Made by a program: the position numbers and the translations under genes. Below, in pieces: positions 25,746 to 37,200 of a stretch of 64,000 bases of DNA. Below the pieces are notes generated by a model. That model was not told where the DNA came from. It worked only from the letters and a program-made list of their open reading frames with translations, and did not search any database. Source of the stretch: Zootoca vivipara (Eukaryota); contig NC_083288.1 of the NCBI RefSeq assembly GCF_963506605.1, forward strand, positions 32,488,001 through 32,552,000, given 5' to 3'. How positions within the stretch are numbered: the first letter of the stretch is position 1; each line of letters begins with the position of its first letter.

Positions 25746-26150
25746 GAAACTGAATTTGTTTGTCTATCTTAACAGAAGCTATCATTTTCACATAGTTTGG
25801 TGAGAGTTGGTCATTTGGGCTTACAGTAATGAAAAACAGAGGAACAATGCTAGAAAGGCCTTTTCATGGGACCTTTTCACTTCATTCACAGGAGAGTCAA
25901 ATTTCTGAATGTTTTCAGGATAGGAAACCTGACTTTTGTTAACTTTGTGAACTGGTCAATTGATTTTGCACGCACATTTCTTCTGTACTTAAAAGGAAAA
26001 GCAAGCCTTTGCCAACACACCCAAGAAAGATGGGTAACAGGTTATATTTATTAAAACTAATGAGGTCCAGGCAGTGAGGTGGATTAATGGGAGGATTTCA
26101 AGCCAACTGCCTGTCACATGCTGTGTTTACACAGCAAGGTCCAAGGAAAC

Positions 26151-26284
26151 NNNNNNNNNNNNNNNNNNNNNNNNNNNNNNNNNNNNNNNNNNNNNNNNNN
26201 NNNNNNNNNNNNNNNNNNNNNNNNNNNNNNNNNNNNNNNNNNNNNNNNNNNNNNNNNNNNNNNNNNNNNNNNNNNNNNNNNNNN
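26151..26284. other. Assembly gap (N run)
   Basis: N characters. Confidence 1.
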
Positions 26285-27121
26285 GGCCCATTGGCCAACG
26301 TTCACCCCAAAGTTGCAAGGCCCAAACACCTTTTTTGGCTTTGATTCTAGTTGGATATTATTCTGTAATTTTCCTTAATTGAGCAACTAACAAGGTCCAT
26401 ACATTGCTCCCAGAGTGCATAGAACCTTAAGATGGTATGTAAACATTGACAGAAAGTACTTTAAACGCAGTATCAATAGACAACTGAAAGCTCTGGGGAG
26501 AAAGATGCAATTTATTCTATGATACCATGAACAGCTAAAGGCACACAGGGTCCAGCTGTATTGTAAGCTATCTAGGACCTAGTGAGCTGAAAATAAGAGG
26601 CAGAAAAAACAGCAGGCAAAACAGAATGTTGCAAAAGCAGGCATAAACATCCTACATATACTTAATCTCTGGAATAAGTGCAATTCAGTGGGACCACAAT
26701 TTGCACTCTCTTTATATATGCCATAGTAACCTTGCACAAGTGAGGATAGATAAATAAATAAATGGAGGTCAGTAAGCAATTTGTTTTTAATTTCTTTTTG
26801 CTTTGATATATTTTATGATGCAGCAGTATATACATATTTTTAATAAATATATGTAAAATAAAACAGTAGCTTTTGCCTAAATGGCAAGTCATATGGCTTC
26901 TTTTGTACCTGCAGATGCATAAACATGAGCAGATCGGATAATAGATTGAGAGTGTGTTTGGAGAGCTTTAAGGAAAATCTAACGGCATTCAGAAACATTC
27001 AGAACATTACAAGACTAGCAGTGTGAACATGAGAGATGCTGCAAGAGGAACATTCAGACTTATATTGTGTGCAGACAAAAACCCCTCAGATGTGCAATTT
27101 ATAACAAAATGTACCAAACAG

Positions 27122-27831
27122 TCATTCAGTTTTCCTCCTCATTAGATGTTCCCTGTTATTCAGCTCAGGCCTCAGCACAATCAGATAACATTTGGGAAGG
27201 AAGATGCAACCCAGCAGCCCAGCACTGGAGGATAAGATGCAGAAGATCTCCACTGAAACCATATATTTTCCTTTGGTGCTCAGGTAGGAAGGAACAAAGG
27301 ATAACCAAACACTGCAGAAGACCAACATACCAAAAGTGATAAACTTGGCTTCATTGAAACTGTCAGGTAACTTTCTGGCAAGGAAAGCTACAGTGAAACT
27401 AACAATTGCTAGGAATCCCATGTAGCCAAGAACAGAGTAGAACATCGTTACAGACCCCTCGTTACATTCTAATACAATTTCTGAAGTCAAGGAATGCATG
27501 TCAGCATCTGGGAATGGGGAGGAGGTTGCAAGCCATAGAGTACAGATGCCTGCTTGAATAAGAGAAAAGGAAAGAACAATAAAATTGGCCAGTCTTTTCC
27601 CCAACCATTTCCTCCCCCCCTTGATCCTGGTGGTGGTGATGATGGAGATTCTTCAGTGAATTCAATTGAATAGACAATAAAGCCACCATAAGAAGCAATC
27701 CCTCCAATGATGACGCCTCCTATCTGATGATACTTGTGACGAGGATGGTGTGGATACCGGATCCTGCATTTCACAGTGTGAGCCTTGTATGTCATGTGAG
27801 AAAGCAGTATCAACAGCAGCACTGGAACCAT
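27122..27831 (-). pseudogene. V2R deletion chimera D: exon 1 fused directly to the 3' half of exon 6 (TM4-TM7)
   Basis: ATG at 27831: MVPVLLLILLSHM...GGVIIGGIAS...[10 protein letters not shown] runs without an intron into exon-6 sequence [18 protein letters not shown]...[11 protein letters not shown]...RRKTE*. The frame is broken at a G7 run (27614-27620). Confidence 0.85.
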
Positions 27832-27994
27832 CCTACACAAGAATGCAACTATTCCTTCTACATAAATATTTTCCTGTTTCAGTTTATAACATTGCCACAG
27901 CAGTCCACATTGAATGCTTAATCATATGGGACTAAATTGCATTATGTTGTAAGGACATTTTTATTAAATCTTAGAATTGTAAAGTTGGAAGAGC

Positions 27995-28943
27995 AACATG
28001 CTGCAGAAGACCAATGTGCTGAAAGTGATCATCTTGTCTTGAACTTACTGTCTGGTAATTTTCTGGCAAGGAAAATCACAGAAAAACTGGCAATGACCAA
28101 GAAGCCCATGTAGCACAAGACACAGTAAAACAGACCCCTCATTCATTGTAATACAATTTCTTCAAAAACTGAGTTAATATCAGCATCTAGAATTGCAATG
28201 AAGCTTCCCCCTTGTTGATGAATAAGACACAAGGAAACGGATATTAGGTTAATGGTTATTGGGCAAATTTAGGCCACAACTTTATTGGTTACAGAATGTG
28301 AGCGGTATTGGCTTAGGCATCGGAATTGACCCGACTATATCTGACTCCTGCCCATCACTCAGGGAGTTCTGTAAGGGTCAAGCATTGGTAGGGGGAGCCC
28401 CGTTGATGCAAACCAACTCGAGCTCCCCCTTTGTTCCTGACGGGGTTGTGGCATGGCCCTAGCCCAGCTCCGGACTTCAGACAAGATCCACACCCCCGGA
28501 TTCCTTTAACAGAATACCTTTAAGCTTGGAGGGGCAGGTGATGGCCACACCTCCCCTTCCCCCATCATAAGCTCAACCAATGCCTAACCACCACCCGAGA
28601 CAAGAGGAAGCTCTCTGGCTTGCACCACCATTTAAATGGGGCCCGGCCACACACACCCAGTCAGCGGATTGGCTGGCTGGAAATGACATGGCTTGGAACC
28701 TGCGGGTGATGCGGGACATAGTCCCCCGCCCCCAGAGGGGAGGGGGTGTCCACATGGTCCACCGCAACTCCTCCCCACTGGGAAGTGGAGCAGATTTGGG
28801 GGGAAGGGTGGGTTGAGTAGAGAAGCTTAAGCTGATTCCCAAAGGTTATTCATAAGATAAGAATGTTAAAACTTTGGTAATACACACATTCTGTTTCCAG
28901 TTTGGATAATATTTACTGGTGCATTTATAACAGTCATTCATGT
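27995..28943 (-). pseudogene. V2R orphan exon-6 relic E (two degenerate pieces, ~27995-28192 and ~28817-28943, split by a YR-retroelement repeat)
   Basis: Acceptor TTCAG|AC ATG AAT GAC TGT (DMNDCYKC..YPN..C), PLGISLS, and [21 protein letters not shown] with frameshifts. No exons 1-5 nearby. Confidence 0.85.
28193..28816 (-). mobile_element. Ngaro-like non-coding (solo) terminal repeat; truncated duplicate at 54573-54793
   Basis: Reverse complement matches 53330-53420 (CCAATACCGCTC..TAACCAATAAAGTTGT.GCC); CCAGCCAATCCG and TTTAAA promoter-like part. Confidence 0.65.
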
Positions 28944-29323
28944 CTGAAAGAAGAAAAGATCTACCGTAATCAGACCCAAAAGTATGCCACAAATCTCTCA
29001 AAATTTTCTCAGAATTTAATGTATATTTTTCTTCATTGCCCTATTCTTTGCTGATCCTGTAAAATATGTAATGAAAAATGATATACTTATGAGGAGGAAA
29101 TGCAGACTGGTAATGCCTTTGAAGTTTATTATATATGAGAAATAACGGTTTCCTCCACATGTTTCCCAGCCACTGATATTTAGAGGGATATCAACTTATA
29201 TACTAGAAATAATGAGTGGCATTCCAATAAGTTTTATATATCTATTGGAATGAATGGACATGACTTCACCAAGATTAATTTCAAAATGCCTACTGTGAGT
29301 ACAACTTCATTGCATATCATATA

Positions 29324-29573
29324 AAGCCATACCTTGGAAGTAGAACGGAATCTGTTCCAGAATTCTGTTTGACTTCCAAAATGTTCAGAAATCAAAGCAC
29401 AGCTTCTGATTGGGTGCAGGAAGCTCCTGCAGTCAATTGGAAGCCACAGAAGCCCCGTCAGACGTTTGGCTTCCAAAAATAGCTCGCAAACCGGAACACA
29501 TACTTCCGGGTTTGTGGCGTTCAGGTGTCAAAACATTGAAGAACAAAGCTGTTTGAAAACCAAGGTACAACTG
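29324..29573. mobile_element. Degenerate Tigger-like MITE
   Basis: ATACCTTGG...CCAAGGTACAACTG-TA. Confidence 0.6.
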
Positions 29574-29597
29574 TAACTGCACCCTCTATGAAAATAA

Positions 29598-29642
<45 letters not shown>
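29598..29642. repeat. (AAT)n microsatellite
   Basis: Read directly from the sequence. Confidence 0.95.
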
Positions 29643-30587
29643 TTATTGTTCCTTATACTGGTTTATTCTGTTTGTGTTCTTACTCCCTCTCCTTTCTGAT
29701 GTAACCGTGATATATTTGTATCTGTTTCCTTCTCTTACTCTTCATTCATATATATATTGAATTTTTTTTAAAAAAATGTGTTTAATCCTTTCTATTAAAA
29801 ACAGGCCAGCTGACCTGAATGACCATGGGAGGAATCAATACCATAGTAGCCTTGAATGGGCTTGCCAACAAACACCCCAGATGAGAGATGTTGGATATAT
29901 TTTTTTAAAAAATGGAAGGAACAACACCTTTGATTAACCTATGTATCCTCCCATCCCACCTTTGAAATTCACTAACATTCTCCTCAGACTCTCTCCAATT
30001 TCCAGTCTTTTTGCAGCTCAGCCCACTGTTCTGTCCTGTGAGCCCAAATGCAGAACAGAGCAAAGGATTGCCTGTGGCCCCAAATGACTCAGTTGCAGAG
30101 ATTCCAAAAGCTAGGTTAGCTGGCAGCAACACTCCAATCACATCTGACTTATTAGCCCATTCCACAGTCTCATCAGCCAAAGGGGCAATTAACAGCTGAC
30201 CACCACCTTAAATAGGCTAGTGGTAGGCTGCTTGCAGCCCCCAAGCCCCTGCCTCTGATTGGGTAAGCGAGCACTGCCTGCCCTTACCTGAGGGCCTGAC
30301 ACGGCTGGAGGTGGGCAGCAACATCCATCACCTCCCCCAGCCATGCTGGAAGATGGCAGCCTCCCTGGACCCACTGCAGCCATGCCATGTGGCAACGGCT
30401 GCCCCCAGGTGAGCAGTTACTTTCAGATAAGGGAGTAGTTGAGAGGAAGCCAATGTGATGGATAGAAGCCACCCCTCTCTGAACTAGCTAGGGCCAGCAG
30501 CCAAGGCTGAAAAGCTTCAAAGCAAGCTGATAAGCATATATGATCTCATTTTACATATGTTACATGAAACAAAATGGGAAAAAAAAT

Positions 30588-30940
30588 CCTTCCAGTAGCA
30601 CCTTGGAGACTAACTAAGTTTGTCATTGGTATGAGCTTTCGTGTGCATGCACACTTCTTCAGAGACACTGAAACAGAAGTCACCAGACCCTTATGTATAG
30701 CGAGAGGGTGGGGAGGGGTATTTCTCAGAAGGGTGGCGGGAATGGGTGATTGGCTGATAAGAGTGGTAAACCAGTTGATGACTATTAATGACTGCAATTG
30801 GTCTTACAGGAAAAAGCAAGGGGTGAAATTGCTAAAAATAGCTTTGTTGTGTATAATGAGAGAAGAATCCAATGTCTCTGTTCAGACCAGGTCTCTCCAT
30901 GGTTTTAAGTTTGGTAATAGGTTGCAATTCAGCAACTTAT
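30588..30940 (-). mobile_element. Penelope-like element 3' fragment
   Basis: CCAGTAGCACCTT.GAGAC.AACTAAGTTTG...ATGAGCTTTCGTG end and VAELQ.ITKLKTMERPGLNRDIGF-like C-terminus; partial copy at 54795-54912. Confidence 0.65.
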
Positions 30941-31166
30941 ATTACATGGTTTGTGGAATGATGAACTGATTCTGGGACCCAAGGCCATGCCAACCCTCAC
31001 CTTGCCTGCTGCAGTCAATAAAGATTTGCCTGCTTTTATCACATCATCACTGTACAGTCTTGTTATTTGTTGGATCACATAATGCATTTGCCTGGGCAAC
31101 ACAAAAGAGGAAAATGTTCTGTTGGCAGATGTGCAGTTCATATGATGTTATTTAGCTGTATGTATA

Positions 31167-31410
31167 CAGTCATACCTCAGTTTGCGACCACAATCCGTTC
31201 CGCGGAGCCGGTTGCGCCCCAAATCGGTTGCTCCCCGAGGCACGCTTCTGCGCATGCACGAAGCACCAATATAATGCTTCTGCGCATGTGCACATTGAGC
31301 AGATCACTTCTGTGCATCCAGCACCACGGAACCCGGATGTAAACACTTCCAGGTCCGCAGTGGTCAAAAACCAAAGTGGTCGCAAACAGAGGCGGTCGCA
31401 AACCAAGGTA
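31167..31410. mobile_element. Tigger-like MITE (paralogous copy at 55142-55285)
   Basis: TA-CAGTCATACCTC.GTTTGCGACC...GGTCGCAAACCAAGGTA. Confidence 0.75.
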
Positions 31411-31869
31411 CAGCTCTTACCTTTAGTGTTGGCCCCCGATTCTGTATTCAAATAGAATTGATCGTCCTGGCCACTAACTTTGGCTCTGCTTTTCATTAGT
31501 TCCATTTACACCTATGGTTGGCCTCTCTGCCATACCTGTTCCAATGAGCATCAACCTCAAGCCACTGATTGTGTCCTGAAACAGGCATAAACAATGTCTT
31601 GTGCTCAGTAGGTTTTGGAATCAAATTCCCTTCAACCTCTGTCTGCCTGGTCTGTGGTCAGTTATGATGGAGTTTGGGCAGTCTAACAACTTCTGGAGGA
31701 TTCACTTTGGGTACCCCTGTTCTGCAGCAGGACAATCCCATGATCAAACACCTCATTTTTTCCTGGCTCTGGACAAATTTCATGTTTGTCACAGCCAATT
31801 CAGGTGCTCCTTGAGATCCTTAACGGATTGAAAGAAAAAGTTAATTTCAGACATGAAAAACATGTCTCC

Positions 31870-32002
31870 AGCAATTCCACATGGAATGCTCCTTGTTGAA
31901 TTGGTGACTACTTCCCTCTTTAATTATCCAAGGACTCTAATTAACACAGCTACTTTCCAACACTACAGTGCAGTTTACTGTGGATTCCAGAAAAACTAAT
32001 AG
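31870..32002 (+). promoter_or_regulatory. Putative V2R promoter module, gene F (copy at ~55744-55876 for gene I)
   Basis: AGCAATTCCACATGGAA, TGGTGACT, TTTAATTATC, GACTCTAATTAA, CTAATAG: the reverse complement of the module upstream of the minus-strand genes. Confidence 0.5.
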
Positions 32003-32178
32003 CACAGTTTTTGAATAATTGTATAAATATACCCTCCAGAAATCTAGGACTGAGGTTAGGACTTAAGACTATTAGACAAGAAGCTGTCAGTCTGATTTCT
32101 GACCCTATATATTTTTGTCCTGAGCATTTTGAGTTAAAAATAAGAAATCTGCATCTAGAGAAAACATTTCTGCCCACA

Positions 32179-32396
32179 ATGCTGTTATTGTTCATCTTGC
32201 TTCTGGTACTGCTTCCTCACATGGTAAGCAAAGCTCACATCATTAAGTGCATGGCTGATGATCCACACCCTCCACTTCATGAGTACCACCAGTCAGGAGA
32301 CCTAATCATTGGAGCTATCGCTTCCCATACTTTCATCATCTCCAGTGCAATCACCTTCACTGAAAAACCCCCATCACCTTTGCCTGAAGAGCTTGT
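32179..32396 (+). CDS. V2R gene F exon 1
   Basis: [18 protein letters not shown]...[10 protein letters not shown]...EELV, 218 bp. Confidence 0.9.
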
Positions 32397-33240
32397 GTAA
32401 GGCCTTAACTAAAATATTTTAAAACTATTATTTGTTATCAGTCTTAATCGTCATTCCATGAATTATTTGTTTTGAAAGGTAATATACTATCCAAAGAAAC
32501 AACTGAGATGTGTTCTGACATTTGTATGAAATATAATATCCTAAAGATCTTAAATCATACTGTTTATTTTGGGACACTCTGTTCTGAATTGCTACTTTAA
32601 TGATAAAGAATAGGAAAGTATATGTTATGATGAACAATGGTAATATTTGGTTGTTGTAGTTTTAAAATTTGTATGGACCACCTAAAGGTAAGGTTACCTC
32701 AAGAAAGCTTTTATATAAATATGAATAATGAGATGAGATATAGAATCATAGCTGCCAAGTTATCCCTTTTTTTTAAGGGATTTTCCCTTATGCTGAATAG
32801 GCTTCCTCGCGAGAAAAGGGAAAACTTGGCAGCTATGTATAGAATACATTATATTTATAACATTTGCAATACTTTTTACAACATGTGGTGGTTCCTTATG
32901 ATTCAGAATACGACTTACCTTCCAGTGCAGTACCTAAGAATTATCAGCACATCCTGGCCTTGGCATTTGCAGTAAAAGAGATCAATGAAAACCCTCAGCT
33001 CTTACGAAATGTCACCTTGGGCTTCCACATCTATGACAGCTATTTCACTGAGAAGTGGACCTACCATGCTACAATACTACTAATATGCACCCTGGGAGTT
33101 TTTGTTCCAAATTACAACTGTGATGTCCAAACTAACCTGATTGGGGTCATTGGGGGACTGGACCCGCCAACCTCACTTCAAGTAGCAATACTTGTGGATA
33201 TTTACAAGATTCCACAGGTATGCTGGGTCTCTTTTTTGTG

Positions 33241-33276
<36 letters not shown>

Positions 33277-34191
33277 TTGTTCTATGCATTACTTCTTCTT
33301 CGTTTAAGAATAAAAGATGCCAGTACTCAGCATGAGATTGTTACAGGCAATGTCACACTTTTAACATGATGTGAGAGAAAGGTTTCCCTATGTACCATTG
33401 AGTATCCCCAGAAAGAAGCACTATTTGTTATTATACAGTTTTTAGTACTTTTTCATCATTATTAATTATTATTATTTGAATATACAGAGAATAATATAAA
33501 TCCATGGTCATTCCATCCTATAAATGTCAAATATTAGCTGTGAAATAAAACCTCTCTGCTCATTCTTAAATTACTAAAAGAAAAATCCCTAGTTGTTATT
33601 TATGCTACTGAGATGTTGGCTGGCTCAGCCACAGGAATCTCTGCTGAAAGGAAAAGCCACTAACATTGCAAGTTTGCTGAAAATATTATTGACAAAATGT
33701 GGGTGCATTTTGTCTTTGAACTTTCTGTCTATAGGTGGTATTCAACACTTGCCCCCCTTATATTAAACCATTGAAGTTAATGCATATGTATAACTGAGAT
33801 TCATTCATTTCAAAAGGTCTACTCTGAGTAGGACTTTCTAACATACAGTTGCCTGCCACCCCACTCTCTAAGCATTTAGGGATCCAAGGGGTTCTAGGCA
33901 CTTACCCAGGGTTTGTGTTTCCCTTGAAATTGGGTACAGTGGAGACTGTGGAGTCTTTATGATATATGGTTTGCTTATGCATATATATAACCTGAGCCTA
34001 TGATGGAGAGGTTCCCAGCATTAACACACCAAAAGGCTCTTGCTTCTCCCATAGCTGCAGTCTTGGATTCATTAACACCCCAAAGGGATCTTACTTTTCT
34101 TATACTCACAGACTATGATTCAAAAAGAAATCAAGCATGGCTATCTTTCTCTGGCATATCAGGCTACTATTTCCAACTTCTACCTTCTAGC

Positions 34192-34246
<55 letters not shown>

Positions 34247-37200
34247 AACTGGAGAGCCAGTGTGGTGTAGTGGTTAAGAGCGGTAGACTTGTAATCTGGG
34301 GAACCGGGTTTGCGTCTCCACTCCTCCACATGCAGCTGCTGGGTGCCCTTGGGCTAGTCACACTTCTCTGAAGTCTCTCAGCCCCACTCACCTCACAGAG
34401 TGTTGTGGGGGGGGAGGGGAAAGGAGATTGTTAGCCACTTTGAGACTCCTTTGGGTAGTGATAAAGCGGGATATCAAATCCAAACTCTTCTCTTCTTCTT
34501 CAAACTCAGCTTTGTCCTTGGTCATTTCTAACTAACTTCCAATGAGCTGAGGGAAGGGAACACACCCATTTGTAATTAGACACAGACCCTTTCTTACCTC
34601 AACAACCCATATTTAGAGGGCTGTTATCAAGAAGCCTGTCCGGCTATTTAACCATTTGAATTCTTCCTTATATTTCAACACTTGCTTGTTCTAGCAGTTA
34701 AGACCCTTTTTATATGAGGTCTTATGTATGTAGGCATACAACCTACTTCCTCTCCCAAAGTCATAACAATACAATCCCATTCTTTCCTCTCTGCTCTTTT
34801 CTTTAGCTCATCTATGGGCCTGCCCCAGTGATGAATGACAAAACGCCAGGCATCCCATTCTACCAGATGGTGCCCAGAGAAAACATTCAGTTTGCAGGGA
34901 TTCTTTCTTTGCTTCTGCATTTCAGGTGGACATGGATTGGACTCCTAACTATGGATAACAACAATGGAGAAAGATTTGTGCAAAGTGTGGTTCCACCTTT
35001 TTCTCAGAGTGGTATCTGCTTTGCCTTCATAGAAAGAAGCCAAACAGTTACAGTTGTAACTGATATTAATGACATGTTTAACAAGGGAGGCAAAATACAT
35101 GACAAAATCATAGACAGTAAAGCCAGTGTAGTGGTGGCATATGGAGAATCCTATGGGATTGTGTTCTTGAGATGGTTTCCATATCTGTCAGGACAAGAAC
35201 ATATGAAGGAGAAGTCAAAAGGTATAGTGTGGATAATAACAGCCCAGATGGACCTCACGTCAATGGTGTATCAGAGGACTTGGGATACAGAAATAATCCA
35301 TGGATCTCTCTCATTTACAATTCACTCCAATCATCTACCAGGATTTCAAGAATTTGTTAGAAGCAAAACCCCATCCAGCACCACAGCAGATGGTTTTATC
35401 AAGAACTTCTGGCAACAGGCTTTTGGTTGTGTATTCCCCAGTACAGATGTAGGCAAGATAGATGGTGACATTTGCACTGGGGAGGAGAAGCTGGAGAGTC
35501 TTCCTGCGTCTTTTTTTGAAATGAGCATTACCTCCCACAGCTACAGTATCTACAATGCTGTCTATGTTATGGCCCATGCTTTACATGCTATGTCCTCATC
35601 TAGTCTCAAACACAGTGAAATAAAGAACAGGGGCATGCAGAAATGTCAGGGCCAATGCCTTTGGCAGGTAATGAATATTAGATATGGAGGGAAATTCATT
35701 CTGTGTAAATTTTAATGCATACAAATCCACACTTCCCAAACTAATACAGAAAGTTTAATGCAACCTTCTTCTGAAATCTGAAATTATTCTAATTTTACAA
35801 TGTTGTTCTCCAGTCAAACAAAAAAGTAACATATATTAGGGGGGTATGTGAGCCCCAAAATGTGCATTTTAATGAAAATAGCATTCAAAATATGTTCTAT
35901 TTGGGAAACTTTGCAAACATGGAATCTATTTCACTTTTATCATCTTGCATACAAGTTGCAGAATTTTCTAATTCTTGCTCATTCCATTTCAATTCAGCTC
36001 CACCGGTTTATGAAAAGTGTCTCATTTAACAATAGTGCAGGGGAAGAAGTTTCCTTTGACCAGAATGGGGAGTTAGCAGCTGGTTTTGATGTCATGAATT
36101 GGATTTCCCCCACAAACCAATCCTTTCATAGAGTGAAAGTTGGGAGGCTGGATCCCCAAGCTCCTCCAGACCAAGCATTCACCGTCAATGAGGATGCTAT
36201 AAGATGGCACAGGGGATTTAACCAGGTACAGAAAGTTTTGGATAATACTGTGCTGCCCCTATGAAATACTGCTTTTTGTGATTGTTGTCTAACTTGCAAA
36301 AATTCCCCTGGATTCTAAGGGTTCCAAAATATTTATCATCAAGATTATCATTAACCCATTTCATTTACACATTAGGCACAGCCTCTATCTGTGTGCAGTA
36401 AGAGTTGTTACCCTGGTTCTTGGAAGAAAGTGAAGGAAGGCGAGCCATCTTGCTGCTACGATTGCATTCCATGCCCAGGAGGAAAGATTTCAGACCAGAA
36501 AGGTAAAAAATGTAATATACAGCATTACCAGACAGAGGCAGCTCAGCTTCATTTTAATTAATTGGACATTGAGACTTGGGTTTCTTTTTGAGCAGCAGAA
36601 TATCAGCTGAAGAAACACTTTTTCATGCCTTTCAAAACCAGTCAATTCTCTCCCTCAACAGAGTTGAGCTTGATTTCCTTCAATAGATTCTTAGTCCTGG
36701 CTTTCTTTTGTGCACCAGTGGATAATTTCTAATGAAACATTCAAAAACATATGGTTGTAGTGTCTTGATACCTTTTTAAATCAGACATTTAAACATTGTA
36801 ATATACCTGAGATTAGTCTTGAATATTGTTGTGGGTTTGGAGGTCATGGTGCATTGAAAGATTCCATTGAAAACTGAGCAATTGTAAGATAATGTCCTTA
36901 GTTTGTCACTTAAGCACCTTCATAAGCATCCCTTTGACTAGGCAATGGCTGTGCTGGGCACTATGACCCCCATCCTAAAATATTCAGACTCCCATCTGAA
37001 TTACAAGAGCTGCAACTAAGTGATGGTGCCTTCTGAGCAAATGATTGGGCCTTCCTGCACCTCACCTGGCAGGTAGATAGAGAATCATAGCCAATGTGGT
37101 GTGTGAGAACTGAGCTGGAGGCATGCAGAAGGCTGAGAAGTGAGAAACAGAGACATGCTGGATTTTTGCTACATCCAAAGCTGTGACCAATGGAGAAATG

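Larger units (their letters stand above)
27995..35887 (+). repeat. Segmental duplication, copy 1 (relic E, spacer, gene F exons 1-3)
   Basis: Colinear, highly similar sequence to 54375-64000, including non-coding DNA (e.g. 31420-32500 vs 55300-56380). Confidence 0.92.

Noticed and set aside
29900-30540. GC-richer block with CCAAT/TTTAA-like motifs and short ORFs (also 42170-42700 and 2030-2330)
   Set aside because: Probably decayed repeats, but I cannot define termini or a protein motif, so I have not called them.
32011-32178. N-terminal extensions of V2R ORFs in the ORF track (e.g. MNNCINIPSRN..., MLLGFLACS..., MTKCTQTV...)
   Set aside because: Read-through into 5' flank or introns; real boundaries are set by the signal-peptide ATG and GT-AG sites that give constant exon sizes.
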